Positions 54,472 through 64,000 of a DNA stretch of 64,000 nucleotides are shown one piece after another. The notes beneath the pieces are model-generated. The model did not search any database and had not been told where the DNA came from. It worked only from the letters and a program-made list of their open reading frames with translations. The stretch is from Phallusia mammillata (lineage: Eukaryota): NCBI GenBank assembly GCA_965637545.1, contig OZ281494.1, positions 18,104,001 through 18,168,000 on the forward strand, in the 5' to 3' direction. The translations under genes were made by a program, and so were the position numbers. Position 1 is the first letter of the stretch; every line of letters begins with the position of its first letter.

Positions 54472-55997
54472 ATGAAGTTACAAAAAGTTATGCTGGCTGT
54501 TGTTTATGCCCCATTTGTTTCATTGTGTTGGTAGCTCGTTTTTGGTTGGTATATAAAACTGCACACAGCTACACATATACAAACCATAGGGAATATGAAA
54601 AGTTTTAAAAACTTTATGATTGAAAATCAGTTTGAAACAAGAGAATGGAGAGCATATCTGCCTGAAGTTAACGATCTTTTGAACAAAATTGGGCAGGGTA
54701 TTATCAAGTGGCCTGTGGACATCAATTTTACAACAGACCCAAAACCATTTGTCATAATATTGCCTAGTTTTAAAAATCTTAAGGTTTCCACGAAAAAGCA
54801 AAAACGCACGGCGGAGATCATTTTCGTGTCAGGTATTTATTTTTATTTTATGCCATTTTGAAACTATAGGCTTACGGCACAAGTTTACTCGGGTCTTGCC
54901 ACACGGTAGTTATTGGCGGACTGTATCGCTTGCAGGCTTGGTGTAACATATGTTTATTTTGGACACCTTCAACAAAAGCAACATGTAAGTAGTAGTGTAG
55001 TAAAAATAGTGGTAATTTTGTTTTATTATTCACATAACTTTTCTTAGACCCTTGAGTGTCCGTAGATCCTAGTTAGGAAACCTCGCAGTAGTGTAGCGCA
55101 GTAAACGTTTAACAGAATACGAAGAGAAATTAAGCAAGCACTGTTATACAAACCCTACTTTATTAAATTCAGGCGTTTATATATATATATGTGTGTTCCA
55201 ACGTTATAACATTGGAACTGAGAATGTGTCGAGTAATTGAACACGTGAACGTGGGGAAGAACAACACTTTCCAAACTAAAAGCTATAATTGTGCAATGCA
55301 GGTACAATAAAAGGAAATTTCGTTTGCTTAATCATTGCCTTATTCCCAAAACTAATGGTGTAGGCACACGCAGTTCCTGGAAATTCGCTGCGAGTCTTCT
55401 ACGTGGGCACTTCCTTAGCAAAACATTGGTGGGCGACGACGTTATTTCTGAACGCCCACGTGAAGCATTTCACAACGAAATATGATTAAATCATGAGCCA
55501 TGTGCAAGGGTCACCAAACTACCGCCCTCGGCAGCATTTTATCCAGCGAAGGTATTTTTGGTTTAACAAAACGCATGGAATATTTTGCAAGGCAATACGT
55601 TAAAGATTGTGCAAACCTGCATAATGGATTTTGGTAATAATTTATTTAGTCAAACCTCTAACGGGATTGCAACGCATAGGGCCAAAAGCAGTTGCTCGCG
55701 AGTATCATCATTTTATTCAAAAACCTGTTCTCGCGATTTTTTCCAGCTTTTGAGCTTTAAAACATAGCCTGAAAAGGCGACTTGAACAAGTGGTGACGCT
55801 GGAGCACACGGCAGAGTATATAAGTACGGAGACAACACTGTTTACAAGCGAAAAAAAATCGTCAAATGCCATATGTTGGATATATCGACTTTTGGGAAAT
55901 GACAACAACAATGCCCCAGTATAACGTTCATGCATGTAATAAAATTGTTGATCAGTTTATGTCTTTGTTTCTATCGTATACCTGCCCCGATACTAAC
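54472..55997 (+). pseudogene. NXPE pseudogene, copy B
   Basis: The exon-1 homolog has a premature TAG at codon 21 and an internal deletion. There is no exon-2 homolog, and only the last ~170 bp of exon 3 remain (~55826-55995), followed by conserved 3' flank. Confidence 0.85.
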
Positions 55998-57924
55998 TGT
56001 TTGCAATGTTTAAAAGTTTAAGCAGTTCTTCATCTTATTTGGTGTGATATAGTGGTGAAAAGGCCACAGCGAAGAATTGGTGGATGCAACTCTGTAACTA
56101 GATGATATTGTCAATATCAAATTTAAATGTTGACGTCTGTGAGATGTGTATTCACACATGAAGTATTTGTTTTGTTGGCTTGTCGACAAAAAGGTTTTGA
56201 AATAATATAGGCCTAAGGCTATATGTTGTTGTTGTTTTTCAACATGCTTGATGTAAGGTCGCTGTTTGTTGCCTAGCAACCGCGAAGTTTAAACATTACG
56301 AACAAGAGATAGTTTCGTTTATTGAACTTGTGACACTTTGTGTGCAAATACACACCGCGGTGTATCGTACGTTTTTGCCCTAATCTTTAATGTGCACTGG
56401 CTCTGCTTTCCGCCTTGCTGGAGTCATACGCCATCAGCACTATTAAAACACACAGCAACAATTTATCAGTTTTAGGATGTAGCCTATGCAAAACTGAGCA
56501 GCACACGCACAAGAATAAATAATTACTTTAAGATTTACTGTGTTTGTCCAAAACTTATCTAATAAATGCTAGTCACTAGCATTTACTAGCACTAGCACAT
56601 CTAGCAGCTAGTGTGATCATAGGAAGCAAAACACAGCAAACTATTTGTGAGATTGTTGACATGGTACCAGTGCATTATACTAAACCCAAATAAAGTGCAC
56701 CGAGTAAGCCGTCGGCATCTGTGGAAGATTTGACGCTATACGTTTTTAAAATTGATAGTGAATTGGTTCGGGGTGAAGCAGCAGCAACGCATCCCGCGAA
56801 AATCAAAAAAAAAATTTAATATCAAGTGAATGTTCACAGAAACTCGCTACATGTGGCAGGATATTACAAATCCTCCTATACAGTTTGATGACAATTATTG
56901 CCCTAAAAAACGGTGTTGCCCAGCAGCAGCAGCAAAAATTACTGATGTAAGTTCATCACGTCATCGGTAAAATAAATCACCATTGGAAACAAGCGCGCGA
57001 TATTATCACCAAGCAAGCGTAGCAAGCCAACCTTGCCACAGCCTACGAAGTCGGCGTGACGCGCAACACGCACCCTACAACAAAACAAAACGCACAACCG
57101 GCTCCTGCAAAAATCAGCCAAAAAATGGGTATTGCAAAGTATTGTGCCGGAGTCGGTATTTTCAAGGTGTGCTGCGACCTGGTTTAGTAATTTAAGAACC
57201 AGATGAATAGGGCATGTCATTGCTAGTCTGCCCTTACGATTGGGAGCCGTCACTACCCAGTCTAATTTTGTGTTTCGCTTAATATTTGTTTGCGGCCTTT
57301 TGCAGACTCTAACAACGTACCCTATTGATTCAGAGTTTGTTGCTTATTAACAGTATGTAAGCTCGCATAGCCACGCTTTGTTCTCTGTGGGTAGACTATG
57401 TGTAATAGGCCTATTTGCATCTTTACTTATTTTTTGCTTCCAACAACTGTGAAATAATATCAATTAGGTCTTTGCATATATATACTTGTCCTGCGTAAAG
57501 TAATGTGTAGCCTGTGTCACTTTTCGCTCTTGCAAGTTTCTACTGACTAAAAGCAATTTGCCTTCAAAAAATCAGTGTTTAGATTCAAAAATAAAATGTG
57601 TAGGTTTAAACTATAGATTTTTAAGGAAATCTTTAGCACAAGAACAAATGGCGTTTGTCATGGTTTCCGCACAAATTGTAGTGGAGAAAGTACTAGATGC
57701 AAACGTTCGCAAGGGAGTAATTTAAAACAATATGTTTTACGGGAAAAACGGGTTTTTCGTGTATTAAATATGCTACCAGCTATTTGAAAGTTGCAGCGAT
57801 TGGAAACAGTTATAATTTATAGAGGGGAATAGCGTTTAAAAGATTTTCAAACATCAAAAAGTAAACTCAGTTAACCGACTTGTTTCATTAGGGTTTCCAA
57901 CTTGCATGTTGTTAATCAACAAGC

Positions 57925-59298
57925 ATGAACTTGCAAAAAATTATGCTGGTTATTGTTTGTGCCCTATTTGTTTCATTGTGTTGGTTAACTCGTTTTTGGT
58001 TGGTATATGAAACTGCACACAGCTACACATATACAAACCATAGGGGTTATGAAAAGCTTTCAGGACTGGAAAAGATTGAAAACCAGTTTGGAACAAGAGA
58101 ATGGAGAGCATACCTGCCTGAAGTTGACAATCTTCTGAACAAAATTGAGCAGGGTATCGTCAAGTGGCCAGTGGACATCAATTTTACAACAGACCCAAAA
58201 TCATCTGTCATCATATTGCCTAGTTTAAAAAATCTCAAAGTTGGTGATAAGTTGGCTGGTAGCATCCAAGCAAGAGATTTCCACGGAAAAGCAAAAACGC
58301 ACGGCGGAGATCATTTTCGTGCGAGGTATTTCTTTTTATTTTATGCCATTACGGTACATTTTTTACAGTATTTTTAAGCAGAAAAGTAGGCCTACCCCAA
58401 AGTTTACTCAGGCCTTGCCACACGGTATACTAGTGATCGACGGACTGTGTCGCTTGCAGGTTTGGTGTAACATATGTTTTATTTTTGGACACATTCAACA
58501 AAAGCAACATATGAGTAGCAGTGTACATAAAAGGTTATTGTTAATTTTATTTCAATATTCACAGAGTTTTTTCTTAGACCCCTTGGGTGTCCGTAACTCC
58601 TTGCTGGGAAACCACACAGTAGTGTAGCGCAGTAAACGTTTAACAGAAAAAGAAGAGGAATTAAGCAAGCACTGTTATGTGTAAAAACACGAGCCAATGT
58701 TTAACAGAGAGCATGAAAAAGTTTGCAATTCTGAAATAACTTATACACCAGCAACCATTTATTACCCCCTAATAGGGGGCCCCTATACATATTGCGTGTT
58801 GAAATCTATCTTGCTTGTCAAGACCATTTTTACAAATTTCACAACGTTAGAAAAAACTTTTTGTATATCAGCCAATAGGAAAAAATACAATGTAGGAGAC
58901 ATTTGGTGTCCAAAAAGTGTGGGAGTTATTTGATTTTGTTCCCTATGCATTTTAAGCATGTATTGGGTGCCATTCAAACAGGTGCTATCAAGAGAAGCCT
59001 TTAAGTAACATTCGTACTGTATTTTGACACATACTTGTAGACTTGTCAAGATGAAAGATTTAGGACAGATGACTAAAGATGGAATAGCAGTGATGATGAA
59101 AGACAACATGAACGGTACTTATGCTTGGAACACGATTATTCCATGGCCAGGACGTAGCAAGCTAATAATTGAACTTGTTCACTCGAGCGAAGCGGTCGTG
59201 GATATGGTTTTGCAGACGGCGTCGCAAGAGAACAAACAAAGACTTTTCCTTGCACAGCTTTCAAATGGGGCAGCCGTCAACTGTGACATCGTATTAAG
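57925..59298 (+). CDS. NXPE: NXPE copy C, exons 1-2 (57925-58325, 59041-59298); exon 3 not within the window
   Basis: Open, spliceable exons nearly identical in protein to copy A. The intron-2 homolog is interrupted at ~59940 and resumes at ~63536-63640. Confidence 0.75.
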
Positions 59299-61137
59299 GT
59301 TTGGCGTGCTTAGTTTGTTTTTATACTTTGTCTTGGTATTTTCGACAGGAAACATTCGGTACAACTCAATTTGTCTGTCGACAAAATGATTAAGGGGCTC
59401 CTTCCATAAAACTAAAGCCAACCTTTTTCTAACAAAAATAACATAACATATTGTGTACCTTCACACATGTAATAAGTTGCCAACTTTTGGAAAGTAATAT
59501 GATTTAACACTCGATGTGTGTCACGCTGATAGACCCTTTAAAAAACGCAGAATGTATTCAAATCTACTGTTGCGCTGTCTATAAATATTTATAGAACGCG
59601 AGTTTTTCTCGTGAGTATCATATTTTCTTCCAAAACCGGTTCTCGCACTTTTTTCGTGCTTATGAGCATTAAAACATAGCCTAGAAAGGTGACGTGTACA
59701 TGTGGTGACGCTCAAACACACAGCAGGGTGACAACGCTGTTCACAAGCGCAAAAACATATAGTATTTTTAAGCGTTGGTATAGTCTGCGGTGGGGTGGCA
59801 TTAAGACCATACTCTCCAAAAAAAGTAGTACACATTTTTGGTCTTATAACTCGATGTTTTAACTCAACTGATATAGAGGCACTGCAGTTTTGCCCCTTCG
59901 CTTTTCCCACCAAAAATCTGTGCATCTCTAAGAATTAGTTCTGGCTATATGCTACTGCACATAAAGTTAATTCTTCTTTCTGAAAGTCTTATGGGCAGAA
60001 TATCTTTGTTGGTCGGGGGCTAAGTAAAACGCATAGCTTCTAAAAGTTACTTCGCAGGGCGCGCAAAAATTGTTGTTCTGCACTGTAAACCAATATGGGT
60101 AAAAACAACCCAAAAACGTTGGGTATCTTGGGGGGGACACCCAAAATAGTTTTTGGGTAGTTTGAACCCTAACTTAGTTGGGTTAAATACAGTTTTACCC
60201 TATAGATTTACCCAACAATTTTTGGGTATAATTTAAATTTACCTAATTGTTTGTGGTTATTATTTTGGGATTAAACACACTATGCCCAAAATTGAGTGTA
60301 CGTTTTTTCGCAATAATCATACAGATTTCATGTTTTATTTTTAGAAGAAACACACTGATTTCTTCCAAACGTGTTTAAAAAAACATAACAAAAAAAAAAA
60401 ACTAATTACAACATTCAACACAGTTAATCATACAGCGGCATTAGGTCTGGTATATCAAACAGGAACACTTGCAATAATTGTAAAACTTTGTCAACATGTG
60501 GACAGCATTCATTTGTTAAGTACATACAATACAAACAAGGATGTGATGCCTGTAGTAAAGTCATTCACAGTCAGTTCATGTTTTTGCAAAAAACAACAAT
60601 ATTTTTAAAGCAAAACAAATATCTTCATATACAGTACAACCAAGATGTGTTGATCACCCAATGCTGCTCTCGGACCTTCAAATGTTGTTTGCCTGAATAT
60701 TTAAATATTTTCAGCAAACAGACAATAGCAACAAAGTAATTACCATGTCTACACAAATACACACCATATTATGAATATAGCGTTGTTAGCAGGCCTATTT
60801 CATAGACTTTTTTTAATGTGTTTTTTACAAAAGCATTTTCGAAACAAAAATATGATACTTACAGGACACAAGTCCAGATATAATGTTCCTTGCTGAATTA
60901 TTGATGTTTGATTTCACAGAACACATGGAAACAGTATTCCAACAATAAAATGGACATCTACAAAACAAATCTTATAAATTTTTTATTTTGTTTCCAGTCA
61001 TTTACAATCAAAACAGGCGGTTTAAAACCTTATAATTTTTATGATTCGCTTTTCAGTGAAAGTGTAAGTTTTCCAAAATTATCTTCGACAATCTATGGCC
61101 ATGATGCAACTGCTGAATATGTAAAAAAATAAATATG

Positions 61138-61302
61138 CAGTGTTTTTTTAAGGTGTTTTGGGGGACCGAAACGGTCCCCCAAATTTCTCCAGCGGTTTCC
61201 CAAATAAGCAAATATGGCTATTTTTTGGTATTTAAATGAAACACTTGCGGTCTCTTAAAACTACTTAGCGGTCACCCAAACCAAACCTTAAAAAAAAACC
61301 TG
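61138..61302. mobile_element. hAT-type MITE
   Basis: TIR CAGTGTTTTTTTAAGG / CCTTAAAAAAAAACCTG; perfect TSD TAAATATG. Confidence 0.9.
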
Positions 61303-62095
61303 TAAATATGTACAACATGCCTTGTCGTATCAATTGCTGGCCATAATTTTATCATGGCATTGCAAAATGGGGAGTTTTTAAAAATATTTTCTTCTTTGTT
61401 TCTTAGCTTGGGCATGAAGTTGAATCTTATATACATCAAAATGCCTGTAGATAAAAGAATATGTTGATATAATGCTGTGGGATACACTTCTGTAGTTTTA
61501 GGTATAGGTTTGAGCATGCTGAATTTGTACATAAAAGGATATTTGTGCCATGTATATTGCCTTATGTAGCACAGTCAGTCTTCCTTACCGTTTGTTACAT
61601 TTCACTACATGCATCTATCTATTCCACATCCACCGTGTCATATTTTTCTACTTGTGGTAATGGTGCCCATCCAGATCATTTCCTTATCACTGTAGATATG
61701 AAAAACTTTCTCAAATAATCTGAACACATATCTATGTGGGCTGCCTGTGGCATTGAAGCAGTCAAGGAAATGTGCATTTAAACATGATAAAACAATCTTT
61801 AGTACTCTACTATCAACTTTTTAAAAAAAAATGCAACATAAACACCATTACAACACCATATAGCACACATGACGCAAAATTTAACAAAACATAGGGCTAC
61901 TACAAAAATCTCATTTCAACAAAAAATGTCATTAATAGTTAATATGAAACTTACTTTCAAGTATTATTCTGTGGGACGTCCAAGTCACCAATAACAATTT
62001 CGACAAAATCAGTCAAACCTTGAATTCCTCGATCAACATTCGCAGTACTTTCAACACAATAAATCTCTCTGTAGTGCTAGTTTAGGCACTTACAC

Positions 62096-62585
62096 TAGGG
62101 TTCCTCTATTTCCCGGATTTTTTCATTCCCGGGAAACGGGAAATATTTTTTTCATTTCCCGGGAATTCCCGACCGAAAAAGTGCTTATTTTTTCGTGAAT
62201 AATTACGTCATTGCAACCGCTAAAATTAGTTTATTTTCGCTAGGGGCATCTAATTAGTCATGATTTTGTCGAATAAAACTATATTTGCAAGCTTCTTTAA
62301 CGTTAACAAGATTCGGAAATTACGAAAAATAAATTCGTTATTTTTAGAACCGCTAGGTAGCGCATTTCGCGAAAATAGTTTACCGCCTCGTATAAAAACG
62401 CTTACTTACTTTGTGATTAAAATTACAAAACGCCATATTTTGGTAACAGTTAGCAGAAATTTGAACATTTACGTTATTTTTTCACAAAATTAACACGTTT
62501 TTGCTTAATTGTCTGTTTCCCGGGAATTCAAAACAAATTTCCCGGGATTCGGGAACGTAACTTTGCCGTGAAATCCCGAACCCTA
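62096..62585. mobile_element. hAT-type MITE with TTCCCGGGAA repeats
   Basis: TIR TAGGGTTC / GAACCCTA; perfect TSD ACTTACAC. Confidence 0.85.
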
Positions 62586-62595
62586 ACTTACACGC

Positions 62596-62869
62596 GGTAG
62601 AGCTGCTAACACCATAACTCACTTGACACCCAAAGTCGATTAGGGGGCGTAAAGAGCTGAATTTTTTATTTAGCGGCTATAAATGGGTTGGGTTGGGAAA
62701 TAAGTTTTTAATTTTTTTACATTAGTAACTCATTTTTTGGGTTAGTTTTATTGAATTTTAAGTGCTAATACCTTACCCCGACCCTAATAGCCCTAACCGT
62801 AAGCATTTTTGGAGATATAACCAAATCGATTTTGGGTGTCAAGTGAGTTATGGTGTTAGTAGCTCTACC
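62596..62869. mobile_element. MITE with ~47-bp TIRs and 9-bp TSD (MULE/Merlin-like)
   Basis: TIR GGTAGAGCTGCTAACACCATAACTCACTTGACACCCAAAGTCGATTT; perfect 9-bp TSD CTTACACGC. Confidence 0.88.
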
Positions 62870-64000
62870 CTTACACGCAGGAAAGGGCAAAACAACGAAG
62901 CCCAAGGGACTAAGGGAGTTAAGATTCCCGCACTTTTTGTTTGGCAGTTGAGCGCAGGCGGTCAGCCAAGCATGACGCAATTTTTAGCCGAGGCGAGCGG
63001 GCGATTGATTAAGCGTGGGATTTTTTTGTTTGTTTCTATTATTTTATTTTCGATCTTTCGAAACATTTTCGATTTGTATCATTTTCCACTAACCGGCCGT
63101 AGTTTCGATTAAACCAAGTTGAAAGTGTTTGAAGGTTTTAAACACGTAAGTGCTTGTAAAAACAGTACAATTTGAAAAAAATACAAGCATTAAAACGACA
63201 AGAGCAAGTTGAGTTAAAAAAAACCTAAACAATTTGGCTACAGTACCAACACCACTTTCCCCAAACAACCCAATTTTTTTGGGTAGAGTATCAACACCAT
63301 TTTACCCAAACGATTTTAGGTAAAGAATTTTTTACCCAATAAAGTAGGGTAAAAACTTTTGGGTAACGCAATTTTGGGTAAAAAACATTGGGCAACAAAA
63401 CAGTTTACCCAAAAAAATTGGGTATGTTGCTGCTGTACCCAAAGTTCTCCCGATCGTTTTACCCAAATTGGTTTACAGTGTGTGTTTTACTGACGTGTGA
63501 ACACGTGTTATTCGTTCACAAAGCTGTGCATTTTCCTTACTTGCGGATAAATATTTTATTATGTCATTGAAGGTAAACGTACATCAGCTAAACAGAACTT
63601 GCATTTCGCTGCATATTGCATCCAAATATTTATACTTTAAGGCAGTGATTCTTAACCTTTTTATCACGACCGAACCCCTACGACATTCTTCAGCCTTTGG
63701 TCAAACGCCAACAAGTTACATCCTTTTTAAGCGAATTTGTTTTGTGGGTCATTCCGTATTTACTCGATTGTAAGCCGCTCTCGATTGTAAACCGCATGTT
63801 GAAGTGTTAAAAAAATAATGTAAGCCGCCCTCTATTGGAAGACGCACACTGGAATTTTGGATAATACTGTTTGATACTACATCTTTTTGTTGTTACACAG
63901 TATAACTATTTTCCCATATTTGTCAGTTAGTGTTGATAAGTGTGCCCAGCAAAACGTATATCTATAATCTGTACATGTATACGAATTTTGGCCGTAAAAA

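Larger units (their letters stand above)
60081..63480. mobile_element. CACTG-terminated (CMC/EnSpm-like) non-autonomous element, 3.4 kb, with nested MITEs
   Basis: TIR CACTGTAAACCAAT..GGGTAAA / TTTACCCAAATTGGTTTACAGTG; TG on both flanks; subterminal TTGGGTA/TACCCAA repeats at both ends. Confidence 0.8.

Noticed and set aside
56400-57260. GC-richer stretch with short ORFs between NXPE copies B and C
   Set aside because: No recognisable domain or termini, and stops in all plausible frames; possibly a decayed insertion but unsupported.

Overview
AT-rich, intron-containing animal genomic DNA. The gene set, short introns and base composition suggest an invertebrate chordate such as a tunicate; this is inference. 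Conserved genes: a selenocysteine iodothyronine deiodinase (in-frame TGA at 22694-22696, which the ORF track splits), a multi-exon STAT5-like STAT with no recognisable N-terminal domain, DIMT1, and a tandem trio of NXPE-family genes (intact, pseudogene, partial). Main novelty candidate: six single-ORF genes without signal peptides (five in tandem at 1-19.2 kb, one at 46.4-47.4 kb). Each has an Asp/Glu-rich N-terminal segment, a Cys-rich patch and a C-terminal ~130-150 aa domain with an IL-1/FGF-like beta-trefoil sequence pattern, and together they bracket the STAT gene. The fold and cytokine role are inferred by eye and are untested. The window is dense in mobile DNA: a decayed ISL2EU-type transposon containing a Penelope-like element (two hammerhead ribozyme motifs) that is itself split by a hAT MITE, a 3.4 kb CACTG element, many MITEs with readable target-site duplications (TSDs), and tRNA-derived repeats. 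Coordinates were counted by hand and may be off by a few bases.
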